Source: a virus
DNA: 64,000 nt
Reading direction: 5' to 3' (one strand)
Virus record (IMG/VR): IMGVR_UViG_3300013772_000005
Coordinates: 7,407 to 71,406 of that record
Part shown: positions 8,503 through 16,909 of the stretch, piece by piece
Layout: each line of letters begins with the position of its first letter
How positions within the stretch are numbered: the first letter of the stretch is position 1
The notes under the pieces: model-generated
The model's input: only the letters and a program-made list of their open reading frames with translations
Database searches by the model: none
What the model was told of the DNA's origin: nothing
Made by a program: the position numbers and the translations under genes

Positions 8503-9458
8503 CCGCCACCTCCCCAGCGCTTGCGCTTGGCCTTTGCCGCTTTGTCGAGGTCGTCACGCAGTTTATCGAAGGTGCAATCAGTCTCTTCCATGTCGTCACG
8601 AAAGCGGTAGAAGGTTGGGTGTCTGAGCCGTCCGTCGCGGCTGATCTCTTGCGCGTAGACGTCGACCACACGGCCGATGTCGCGCTCGGTGAGGGAGCCA
8701 CGTACCCCATCGTCAAAGCCCGAGGCGAAGCCAACTTCGATGGCATCACCCAGGCCGCTATAGACCGAGAGCGCCAGGGCGCCGACGCCACCCGCATACT
8801 TGCCGTTGCCTGGCTTGAAGCCAGAGATAAAACAGCTCACCTCATAGCTCTTCTTCATTTTTGCCCAGCCGATGCCGTAGGCCATGCGCGTGTCTTTTAC
8901 GATGATGCCTTCGCCGCCGCCCTCGACAATCTCACGGAAGATGGCGTCGTGGTCACCCCTCCACTGCGGCATCAGCTTCACGAATGGATTCCCCATCCTG
9001 GCGACGACGGCTTCGAGCACCTTTCGGCGATCGGCCAGCGAGCGCCCGCGAATGTCTTCGCCGCGAAATACCGGGCAGTCCCAGACCCAGAAGTTGAGCC
9101 AGCCGCCCGCCTTCTGTTTGTCGATCGCCACCGTTGGCCCCGAGCCCATCACTGATTGCGTGGTGGGGAAGTCGCGAAGGAACATTTCGCCATCAAGAAT
9201 GGTGCCGGCCAAGTCGCCATAGTCCGGGCCAACTATCTGTGGAACGTTGTCGGTCCGGTCCACCGGCTTATTGTCGATCTTCGATATATGGCGCGACAGC
9301 AGCGTCGTGTCTTTCCGTCGGCCCATAGGATCGGTGCCAGGGCCGATGTAGAGCACGTAGCGGCTGCCGTCGAGCTTCAGCTCACTGACGAAGTGAGGCG
9401 CTGAGAGGTCGGCGGGCAGTTCCGCCGTGCAGCGTGCCGGTAGGACTTGGATGGGCAT
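8499..9458 (-). CDS. Minimal ATP-dependent DNA ligase
   Basis: Motif I ELKLDGSR, ILDGE, FWVWD, GEGIIVK, WAKMK, OB domain ending LRHPTFYRFRDD. Confidence 0.9.
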   Translation of the reverse strand: MPIQVLPARCTAELPADLSAPHFVSELKLDGSRYVLYIGPGTDPMGRRKDTTLLSRHISKIDNKPVDRTDNVPQIVGPDYGDLAGTILDGEMFLRDFPTTQSVMGSGPTVAIDKQKAGGWLNFWVWDCPVFRGEDIRGRSLADRRKVLEAVVARMGNPFVKLMPQWRGDHDAIFREIVEGGGEGIIVKDTRMAYGIGWAKMKKSYEVSCFISGFKPGNGKYAGGVGALALSVYSGLGDAIEVGFASGFDDGVRGSLTERDIGRVVDVYAQEISRDGRLRHPTFYRFRDDMEETDCTFDKLRDDLDKAAKAKRKRWGGGG

Positions 9459-9469
9459 TGGCGCGCTCC

Positions 9470-10150
9470 TCAGATGGTTTTCAAGATGTCGTCAAGGTCG
9501 TCTTTCACCGACGAGCCAGCCTTGGCCTTTGCGGCGGCAGCCTTCGCCTTCTCAAGCGAGCTTTGCACCGGAGCGGGAATTTCCGCCTTTGGCTTGCGCG
9601 TGAATTTCGGTGCTGGCTCAGCGGCGGTCTGCTCTTCCATGGCGGCCGGGAAGGTGGGGAGCGCTGGTTCAGGCACGAGCGAGCGTGAGCTAAACGTCTC
9701 TTCAACTTCGCGTTTGAAGTCGGGTGTCGCCGTCAGTGCCAGCGCCTCACTCGTCTTCGGTGTCGCGAGGTCGGCGAAGCGGCGCTCACCGAGAGCTGTC
9801 TTTAGCTTTTCACCGCTGAAGGTGGCGACCGACAGCACCGTGGCGAGGCTGATCTCACCGCTTTTGACCAGCTCTTCGAGCTTCGCCGTGTCGATGTCAA
9901 AGCGCGTGGTCGTCTTGAAGACGAGCTGGCCCTCGGGGACTTTGATCGACTTGCCGCTCTCGATCGTGACGCCAGCGGTGTTGTGCTCCAGATATTCGAG
10001 CAGCCACGTTTTCTCGGCCTTGAAGCCGCCCTCGTAAAGTCCGGTGATCTGTTGAAGGCTGAAAGCCTTGCGGCAGTGTGCGAGAAAGTCGGACGGCAGC
10101 CCGGCGCCGGTGGGAGCGGAAGTGTTTTTGCGTTTGATGGCCATGGTCAA
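9470..10150 (-). CDS. Hypothetical protein (weak Gam/gp157-like central segment)
   Basis: KSIKVPEGQLVFKTTTRFDID; disordered tail ending DDLDDIL. Confidence 0.6.
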   Translation of the reverse strand: MTMAIKRKNTSAPTGAGLPSDFLAHCRKAFSLQQITGLYEGGFKAEKTWLLEYLEHNTAGVTIESGKSIKVPEGQLVFKTTTRFDIDTAKLEELVKSGEISLATVLSVATFSGEKLKTALGERRFADLATPKTSEALALTATPDFKREVEETFSSRSLVPEPALPTFPAAMEEQTAAEPAPKFTRKPKAEIPAPVQSSLEKAKAAAAKAKAGSSVKDDLDDILKTI

Positions 10151-10410
10151 GTCCCCTCGTAAAGTGTGGCGGTATCGTCGAAGCGAAGGCGCGGATAGGC
10201 TTCACGTGCAGCGTCGATCAGCCAGGCGGCAGCCGTGCCGAGGTCGACTTCGGGATCGTTGGTTGACGGGAAGTCGGCTTCGCGAATGAAGCCGTTGGTT
10301 AGGTCACCGATGGCAACGCTCCAGCCGCCGTCCCAAAACGACATCACACGGACGTTGACCTCGCACGAGTAGAGCCAGGTGAGCACCGCTTGCAGCTTGG
10401 CGCGTGGCAT
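10147..10410 (-). CDS. Hypothetical protein
   Basis: Coupled 87-aa ORF. Confidence 0.6.
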   Translation of the reverse strand: MPRAKLQAVLTWLYSCEVNVRVMSFWDGGWSVAIGDLTNGFIREADFPSTNDPEVDLGTAAAWLIDAAREAYPRLRFDDTATLYEGT

Positions 10411-10412
10411 GA

Positions 10413-10625
10413 TCAGTCACCCTCAACGGAAGCGAGCCATGCGGCTTCTTGAATCTCGTCTTCGCTTTCGGCTTGCAGCTCGTCAAGCTCGGTTTCCGTC
10501 AGGGCGGCGCCGGTGTCCATGTAGACGGCGGCGCCGATAAAGGCGTCAACCGGATCACGGCCAGCGCGACCATTCCACTCCAGCTCGCACTCGACTTTCC
10601 GACCTTTGAAAACTGTGCGCATCAC
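10413..10625 (-). CDS. Hypothetical acidic protein
   Basis: 70-aa ORF in operon. Confidence 0.6.
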   Translation of the reverse strand: MMRTVFKGRKVECELEWNGRAGRDPVDAFIGAAVYMDTGAALTETELDELQAESEDEIQEAAWLASVEGD

Positions 10626-10987
10626 GTCCCCACTTTCCGGCCAGTGGCCGCTAGTTCAGTCCAGATGTCCTGGTCGCTCGCGACTCGCGTCCGGCTGCCG
10701 TGTCCCGCCGGTTCGCGTTCAGCGCTGCGCTCGCGAATCTCACGGTCGCTCTTCACCTTCGTGAAGGGATCGATCTTCTTTACCGGTCCGGCAGCTTGGT
10801 AGCCCTTGCCAAGCTTCTCGTTGAGCTTCGCCTGTGCCGCGCCAGCGTCCTTCGTTTGGCTTTGGCCCTCGGTGCCGATGCGTCCCCACTCAATCAGCGC
10901 CATGCCATCGCCGTGGAAGGTGACGCGGTAAAACTTGTGGCTGTTCGCCGCTTCGTCGTGGAATTCGAGGTAGTGAGTGCCGCGCAT
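10622..10987 (-). CDS. WGR-domain protein
   Basis: YLEFHDEAANSHKFYRV...EWGRIGTEGQ...KLNEKLGKGY. Confidence 0.9.
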   Translation of the reverse strand: MRGTHYLEFHDEAANSHKFYRVTFHGDGMALIEWGRIGTEGQSQTKDAGAAQAKLNEKLGKGYQAAGPVKKIDPFTKVKSDREIRERSAEREPAGHGSRTRVASDQDIWTELAATGRKVGT

Positions 10988-11003
10988 GTCTGATCCCTCC
11001 GAT

Positions 11004-11150
11004 TTAAAGTGACGGTTGTTCTACCTGCGCTTCGTCTGCCGCCTTGCACTCGCTGCAATGGTGGTAGGCGCCCATGTCGGTGAAGAGCAGGGCACCGTCG
11101 GGCAGCTCGGCTTTCGTGCGCTCGCATGAGTGACAACGGGCAGTCTTCAT
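11004..11150 (-). CDS. Small C4 zinc-finger protein resembling the ClpX zinc-binding domain (48 aa, not in ORF track)
   Basis: MKTARCHSCERTKAELPDGALLFTDMGAYHHCSECKAADEAQVEQPSL; GGAGGG SD; first gene after P5. Confidence 0.7.
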   Translation of the reverse strand: MKTARCHSCERTKAELPDGALLFTDMGAYHHCSECKAADEAQVEQPSL

Positions 11151-11181
11151 CGTTTCCCTCCGGTTGTTTCACTAAGGCCGC

Positions 11182-11218
11182 ATGTATTACATGACGGCCA
11201 TGCGTGTGAGAAACTTTA
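11182..11218 (-). promoter_or_regulatory. sigma28-like promoter P5
   Basis: TAAAGTTT-N12-GCCGTCAT-GTAATACAT; the TAA doubles as the upstream stop. Confidence 0.75.
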
Positions 11219-11764
11219 GGCTTTCAGCTTTTGCTCGATGGACTCGATGGTTATGGCGATCTCGACCATGAGGGCTCGCATCGTCTTCGCTTGCGCCTTG
11301 AGCCCGGCAAGGTCGGCCTCCACCGAGGTGAAAGCGCAGGGAGCCGGGCTGGTGACGGCGACCGTGTTTCCTGAGGAAACAACCGAGGCAGCCGGGAGGG
11401 CAGCGCGGGCAGCGGCAGCGCGAGCCAGGTCGAGCGAGGAAGGGGGCGTCAGAGGGGCGGATTGGGACGTAGGAGCGCGCACCGGCGCAAGAGCGGGCGT
11501 CGGTGCCACCGGCTCAGCCAACGCTTCTACGGCGGCCTGTGCGGTCCGGCCGGCGCGGGCGAAGAGTTGACGACCAACATCATCAGGCATCGTGCCGGTT
11601 TGGATCGTCAGGCCGGTGGCGGCGACGGCGTCACGGAGCGCTGGGAAGTCGTGGGCAGTGTCGATAACCCACAGTTTTTCTTGGCGGTACCACTTGAAGC
11701 CGAGCTGCTTCAGACGTTCTTTCACCGAGAAGGCATTGCGGCCGGTAGCCACGAGCACGTTCAT
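11216..11764 (-). CDS. Hypothetical protein with N-terminal DUF5710-like domain
   Basis: AFSVKERLKQLGFKWYRQEKLWVI; Pro/Ala linker; C-terminal coil. Confidence 0.6.
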   Translation of the reverse strand: MNVLVATGRNAFSVKERLKQLGFKWYRQEKLWVIDTAHDFPALRDAVAATGLTIQTGTMPDDVGRQLFARAGRTAQAAVEALAEPVAPTPALAPVRAPTSQSAPLTPPSSLDLARAAAARAALPAASVVSSGNTVAVTSPAPCAFTSVEADLAGLKAQAKTMRALMVEIAITIESIEQKLKA

Positions 11765-11825
11765 AGAACCCTCCGATTTAATTACTCGATTTAAAAGATG
11801 CAGAGCTTGTTATCACCAGCGGGTG

Positions 11826-11862
11826 ATGTAATACATAACGGAAGTATCGCTGATAAACTTTA
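11826..11862 (-). promoter_or_regulatory. sigma28-like promoter P6
   Basis: TAAAGTTT-N12-TCCGTTAT-GTATTACAT. Confidence 0.78.
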
Positions 11863-11929
11863 GAAAAATTTTAATCGCGTGTTATGGCGGATGAATCAGA
11901 GGTGTGCATATAATGGGGTTGGCTGGTCG

Positions 11930-12095
11930 CTCGGCCGTGCCTCGACAGGGCACTCAGGGTCAAACAGGGCCGGTAGGAGAAATCCCGCCGGCCCTGCTCT
12001 TGAGCTATGATGGAGGGGAGCCCTCCCCCACCTCGCGCTACCGGTCAGCCCTGTGAGCCTGCGGGCGTGCAAAGCGGCGCAGGACTCACAGACTC
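11930..12095. other. Multi-hairpin structured region (candidate ncRNA)
   Basis: Inverted repeats CTGTGAGCCTGCG/CGCAGGACTCACAG, GGGGAG/CTCCCC, CAGGGCCGG/CCGGCCCTG, GTGCC/GGCAC. Confidence 0.35.
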
Positions 12096-12100
12096 CTCGG

Positions 12101-13168
12101 TCAGCCATTCAAAGGCTTGAGCGTCGCCCCTGGCGCCTGCTCGGCCAGGAGTCGCCGAAGCTCCTTCGGCGCGTAGCTTCCCGCGTCCCGGCCCTCGGGC
12201 AGTCGGATGGTCTTGACCTGGAAGTAGACCGAGAGTAGTCCCTTCGCCAGATCCACCGACGACGGCTTCTTCAGCCGTCCCTTGAGCGGGCCTTGGCGAT
12301 GGTAACGCTGATCGGTAAAAGCGTCGGGATCGAGCATCAGAATTACTTCGCGGCACTTCGTGCGCGAGAGGTGTTCTACCTGCGCCGGATGCAGCTTCTT
12401 GCCGTTGATCGCCACGGCGTTGTTGCCGGCCTTGGCGGCGTCGATGAAACCCTCTACCATGACCACCGTGCGGTGCAGCCGTGCCTGATCGTAATTGTAA
12501 AGGACTCGTGACTTGCTCGCCCCCTTCGGATTCAGCACTTTCCGATATTCATCCGTGCCCCACCGGTCGTGGCGGCGCTCCAGAATGTCGCGTGCCTGCC
12601 AGAAGACCAGTCGGTCGTCCATGTAGGTCGGAACGATGATCCGCCCCCTGGTGTAACCGACTCTTGAAAACCCCCATCCCATTCTTTTGGCGTAGCTGTG
12701 CGGGATGCCGCGCTTCGTCAGGTAGCGGTGAAAGGCCGTGTCTTGATCTTTGCACTCATCAAAACTCTCGAAGCCGTGGGGGAAAGCTACCTCCCGAAGC
12801 TCGTCGCCTTCGTCATCGTCGTCGCGCTCGTATTCCTGATGCGCCAGGCGAAAGTTGAGGACATCGAGTGAACCAGCTTTACCTTTCATCAACGAAAGCG
12901 CGCCGGCTAGTGTGGTGTTCGATAGACCCGCCACCAGATACGGGAAACCACCGCCCCAACCGCAGTTGTAGCAGCAGAATTCACCCTTGGCTTCGTTTGC
13001 CCACAGGCGTTGCTTGGTGTCTGCCCGAGCCTCCCCTTGCTCGACGCATTTCGGGCAATTGGCTATGACCTCGACGTGGTCGTCGGCGTCCACCTCTTTG
13101 AAGTCGATGCCCAGCTCGCGGTAGTAGGTTGGGAGCGAGAAGTTGGGGTAGGGCTTGCCGGTTAGCAT
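12101..13168 (-). CDS. DNA primase (Zn-finger + TOPRIM)
   Basis: CPKC...CYNC, RIIVP, FWQAR, MVEGFIDA, LMLDPD; start at MLTGK inferred from SD. Confidence 0.9.
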   Translation of the reverse strand: MLTGKPYPNFSLPTYYRELGIDFKEVDADDHVEVIANCPKCVEQGEARADTKQRLWANEAKGEFCCYNCGWGGGFPYLVAGLSNTTLAGALSLMKGKAGSLDVLNFRLAHQEYERDDDDEGDELREVAFPHGFESFDECKDQDTAFHRYLTKRGIPHSYAKRMGWGFSRVGYTRGRIIVPTYMDDRLVFWQARDILERRHDRWGTDEYRKVLNPKGASKSRVLYNYDQARLHRTVVMVEGFIDAAKAGNNAVAINGKKLHPAQVEHLSRTKCREVILMLDPDAFTDQRYHRQGPLKGRLKKPSSVDLAKGLLSVYFQVKTIRLPEGRDAGSYAPKELRRLLAEQAPGATLKPLNG

Positions 13169-13178
13169 GAACGCTCCA

Positions 13179-13490
13179 TTACTGGATGGCTGATAGATCC
13201 GGCATGTCGAGCACGTTGGCACCGGCGATCAGCCGGTCGGCATAGTCTCTGAGCGCAAACGCCATGGCGTGGGTAACGTGGCGTCCTGGATGCTCGCTGA
13301 GCACCGGTGGCGAGATCACCGAAGCGATGAAGTAGCGCTCGCCCTCGATCATCTCGCGGGAAATTTCAATCGACAGCTTCAGTGTGACCGACGTGGCAAC
13401 GTCCTTGGCACTTCGAGGTGGCCAGCAGCACACCACGCCGCGCTGGACTATGCACCCGCACGTTTGACAGAGAATCGGCGCCTGGCTCAT
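13179..13490 (-). CDS. Hypothetical Cys-containing protein
   Basis: MSQAPILCQTCGC; GGAGGG SD; coupled to the helicase stop. Confidence 0.55.
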   Translation of the reverse strand: MSQAPILCQTCGCIVQRGVVCCWPPRSAKDVATSVTLKLSIEISREMIEGERYFIASVISPPVLSEHPGRHVTHAMAFALRDYADRLIAGANVLDMPDLSAIQ

Positions 13491-14896
13491 GTTGCCCTCC
13501 TGCTGCGCGTGCGCATCCACTCCGGCATGTCGTAGGGCTCGATGAAGCCGAGCGATGCCTTGTGGAAAATCATGCGCTCAAAGTCGGTGATCAGCCGCAC
13601 CGTCTTGTCGGCCGGGCTGTTTCGGTAGATATCGGCGTGCAGCCGCATGATGCCCATCTCTTTCTCGCGTGGCGTTTGGTTGAGCGAGCAGAGAAAATCA
13701 GCGATGCGCACCTTCTCGAAAGTTTCCGAAATGTCGGCGCCACGAAGGATGCCTTCTTTCGACGGCATGTCCTTTGGCCGCTGCGCCTGGCTTGCCGTCC
13801 AGACCGCCATCTTGCGCATCAGCGCCAGCCGCTTCAGCTCGCGGTAGACCGAGCGCTGATTCAACCGCTCGTCACGCACCTTCTCCCGAGGCTGGAGCAA
13901 GTCGGCGTAGTCGATGACGCAGAGCGACGGCGTGAAGCCGCGTCGGTCAAGCTCTTTACATTTCGTCTCGATGTCGGTCGTCGTGTATTCCCAGTGCTTG
14001 TTGAACGGCACGACGAAGAGCCAGTTTTTCAGCCGCACCTTGACGCGGTCGAGCAGCCGCTGCTCGTCGTCGCTCAGGTCGTCGGTGGTGATGCGCTCTT
14101 CCGGGATGCCAGTGATCCGCGACTGGTAGCGCATCGTCGTCGTCTCGGTAGCGCCCTCGGCGGCGAAGTGAACCACGCGGCCCATCTTCATCAGAGCGCA
14201 GATCGCCCCCATGTGAATGAGCGCTACCGTCTTGCCCTTCTTCGGCTCTGCCAGGATGACGCCAAACTCGCCTTCGAGCCGCGAGAGCCCACCGCGAAGA
14301 ATCTGGTCGAGCGGTGGGATGCCGGTGGGGATGCGGTCGGTGGTGAGCACCCGCTGATTGACGAAGCGGCGGCGCATCTTCTCGAAGTCGCCGATGCCGA
14401 TGATCTCGTCGTCGTCGAAGGTGATCGAATAGATGTGGTTGATCGACTCCATCACGAACGTGTACGCCTCGGCGGTCTTGCCGGCGTTGTAGAAGGTCTG
14501 CCCGGTGGCGAAGAGGTCGGAAAAACTTGCCCGCTTGGCAAACTCACCGAGCTTGCTTTTGACGTAGTCAGGGTCTTCGATCTCCTGCTTTCGCACCTTG
14601 CCGATGAAGCTTCTGAACATGCGCCGCTTGTGGCGCTCGACGCCCTGGAGCTGCACCTCGATCTCGGGAGCTGACGGCACGCCGCCATTCTTCAGGTACT
14701 TCTCTCTGATCGCCTGGAAGAGCCACTTGTGGGCGTCGCTATAGAGGTGCTCGGGAGCGATATATTTCACGGCCTTGTCGGTGAAGCTCAAGTCTTTGAG
14801 CATCATCGCCAACATGACTTCTTGAAAGTCGGGACCGAAGGAGAAGGGGATCAAGCTCAAGGTTTCACCGCGCCGTGTCGAAAGGGTGACTGGCAA
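13487..14896 (-). CDS. DnaB-like (SF4) replicative helicase
   Basis: IPTGIPPLDQILRGG, LAEPKKGKT, VIDYADLL, VWTASQAQR. Confidence 0.9.
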   Translation of the reverse strand: MPVTLSTRRGETLSLIPFSFGPDFQEVMLAMMLKDLSFTDKAVKYIAPEHLYSDAHKWLFQAIREKYLKNGGVPSAPEIEVQLQGVERHKRRMFRSFIGKVRKQEIEDPDYVKSKLGEFAKRASFSDLFATGQTFYNAGKTAEAYTFVMESINHIYSITFDDDEIIGIGDFEKMRRRFVNQRVLTTDRIPTGIPPLDQILRGGLSRLEGEFGVILAEPKKGKTVALIHMGAICALMKMGRVVHFAAEGATETTTMRYQSRITGIPEERITTDDLSDDEQRLLDRVKVRLKNWLFVVPFNKHWEYTTTDIETKCKELDRRGFTPSLCVIDYADLLQPREKVRDERLNQRSVYRELKRLALMRKMAVWTASQAQRPKDMPSKEGILRGADISETFEKVRIADFLCSLNQTPREKEMGIMRLHADIYRNSPADKTVRLITDFERMIFHKASLGFIEPYDMPEWMRTRSRRAT

Positions 14897-14953
14897 TCCC
14901 AGCGTAGACCTACTGTTTCATGGCGGCCTCGTCTTAGACGGGGCCGTCGTCTT

Positions 14954-15499
14954 TCAATCCTCGTCTGGCAGCCGCCATTCATCCGCTGCTTTTCGCTGAT
15001 AAGCGTCTTCATCGATCTCGGTGAGCACTTCTTCCGCGTGCTTGGCGAAGAAGTCGAGGCCGTTGGCGCAAAGCATGTTGAGCGACAGCGAGTAGCGGGA
15101 CTTGGCGTAGGCGCGGTGACCGCAGGCGATGAAGATGTCGGTGTCGATCTGGTTTTCCTGACAGATGGCGTTGACCGTTTCCATCATCGAGATCTGCGAC
15201 GGCGTCTTCGGCACCCAGGTAAACTCGTAGTCGTGCTTGGCGTAGCGCTCGCGCCAGTAGTTCCAGCTATCGACGAATGGACGCAAGCTTTTCAGCCGCT
15301 CGTCGGTTTCCCAACGCTTGATCAGACGCGCCGTTATTATCTGGCCAGTCGTCTGATTGACCTTCAGCATGTCGCGCGAGACGGCTTCAAACGCCAGCGT
15401 TGCGTTGCGTTTTCTAACGATCTCGGCGGCAAGCTCGGCGTTTATACCGATAGGCTCAGTCCGCGCAATTTCAACTTGCGCCGTATGCGGTGCAAACAT
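14954..15499 (-). CDS. Hypothetical replication-block protein
   Basis: 181-aa ORF with GAGGTGG SD between sigma factor and DnaB. Confidence 0.65.
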   Translation of the reverse strand: MFAPHTAQVEIARTEPIGINAELAAEIVRKRNATLAFEAVSRDMLKVNQTTGQIITARLIKRWETDERLKSLRPFVDSWNYWRERYAKHDYEFTWVPKTPSQISMMETVNAICQENQIDTDIFIACGHRAYAKSRYSLSLNMLCANGLDFFAKHAEEVLTEIDEDAYQRKAADEWRLPDED

Positions 15500-15978
15500 A
15501 GGACCACCTCGTGACGTGCTTCGACAGGGGTACGCTTGCGCGTTTGATACTCGGCCACGAGGACGTCGATGCAGCCACCTGATTTCAGGTGCGACAGCAC
15601 GTGGTACTCGCGGTCATTCAGGATCTTCTTCAAGGTCAGCACTTCCGTTAGCTGTTCGGTCGGATCTTCAGTCGCTTGAAGGTCCGCCACCTGCGTCATC
15701 TTCTCGCCAGGAAAGGTCAGCTCCGGCCGGCATTGCCGGTGAGCTTTCCGGTGCAGCTCGATCATCCGGTTGCGGATGCACACGGTGATATACGTCTCGA
15801 TCTTGGCGTTCTTCCCCGTCTGGTACGTGCGGATCGCCTTCCACGCAGCAATGCGCGCCTCATTGATCAGGTCGTCGCTGACCTCAATGTGGCGCGCAGT
15901 GGTGAAGTGCTTTGTGTACTTGAGTGCCGCAGCACGGATGAGGGCATCATGGTGGGCGAGCAGACGATTCAAGTCCAT
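15442..15978 (-). CDS. Phage-encoded sigma70-family sigma factor (region 2 clear, region 4 divergent)
   Basis: DDLINEARIAAWKAIRTYQTGKNAKIETYITVCIRNRMIELHRK; LNDREYHVL. Confidence 0.85.
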   Translation of the reverse strand: MDLNRLLAHHDALIRAAALKYTKHFTTARHIEVSDDLINEARIAAWKAIRTYQTGKNAKIETYITVCIRNRMIELHRKAHRQCRPELTFPGEKMTQVADLQATEDPTEQLTEVLTLKKILNDREYHVLSHLKSGGCIDVLVAEYQTRKRTPVEARHEVVLCLHRIRRKLKLRGLSLSV

Positions 15979-16006
15979 AACGGCTCCGATTTAAACTTCG
16001 CTGGGA

Positions 16007-16909
16007 TCAGTCCTCGATTGTAACTCTAAATGCCCGCTCGCTCCTATAGTGCTCGATCCGCGTCTCGCTGTGATCACGCAGGTACTTATTTCCCTGGATC
16101 AAAAAATCGTAGACCTCGGCCTTGTCTTTGCCAAGCGCGACGCTTTCGGCAAAGGTCTGCGCGCCCTTGGCAAGGCGAAGCGCCCGACCGACTCCCTGTT
16201 TCGTTTGGATCTCTGACTCTTGTAGCCGAGCGTTCACGAGCACGTCAATCGACGCAATGTCCTGGCCCTCGCCAAAGATGTTAGTAGCGATCATGCACGG
16301 GATTTTTTTCTCGGCGAAGTCGCGCTTGACTTTGGCCCGCAGTTCGAGCGGGTCATCACCCGAGACGAAAACACCGTCTCCGGCCAGCATGGCCTCGATC
16401 AGCTTGCCGTGCTCGATCTGACGCACGAGCACCAGCACTTGCTTCTTCTCGTCGCGGATTTTCTTTCTGGCGATCGACGCCACGAGCGCGTTGAAGGCGG
16501 GATCAGCCGCCATGAACGAGTAGGCGTCTTTGTAGGAAAACTTTGACGCGAGCCGAATGCGGTAATTGACCGCGTGGACGTGCGCCGGCACGAGATAGCC
16601 TTCTTCGATTAGGTCGCTGGTCGTCTTCTTCATCAGCACGTTGGACAGGACACCGAGCATCATCATGTCTTTGTTGTCGGTGCGCACGAGCGTGCCGGTG
16701 AAACCATAGCGCCAGTACGCCATCGACGTGACGGCGTTGAGCGTCAGGTAGCTGTCGGCAGCCGAGTTGGATACGAGCAGGCCATTGGCCACATAATTAT
16801 GCGTGTCCTCCACTTCTAGGTCGTAGACGTGCTCGCTGTCTGGCTTAACGTCTTCGACGGAAACAACGGTGCCACGGAAGAGCCCTCTGGTATCCTGACA
16901 ATTCGCCAT
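16007..16909 (-). CDS. Split-intein C-fragment (48 aa) fused to the C-terminal part of the SF2 helicase
   Basis: VYDLEVEDTHNYVANGLLVSN|SAADSY; GFTGT, ATNIFGEGQD, QGVGRALR; own GGAGGT SD + ATG. Confidence 0.88.
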   Translation of the reverse strand: MANCQDTRGLFRGTVVSVEDVKPDSEHVYDLEVEDTHNYVANGLLVSNSAADSYLTLNAVTSMAYWRYGFTGTLVRTDNKDMMMLGVLSNVLMKKTTSDLIEEGYLVPAHVHAVNYRIRLASKFSYKDAYSFMAADPAFNALVASIARKKIRDEKKQVLVLVRQIEHGKLIEAMLAGDGVFVSGDDPLELRAKVKRDFAEKKIPCMIATNIFGEGQDIASIDVLVNARLQESEIQTKQGVGRALRLAKGAQTFAESVALGKDKAEVYDFLIQGNKYLRDHSETRIEHYRSERAFRVTIED

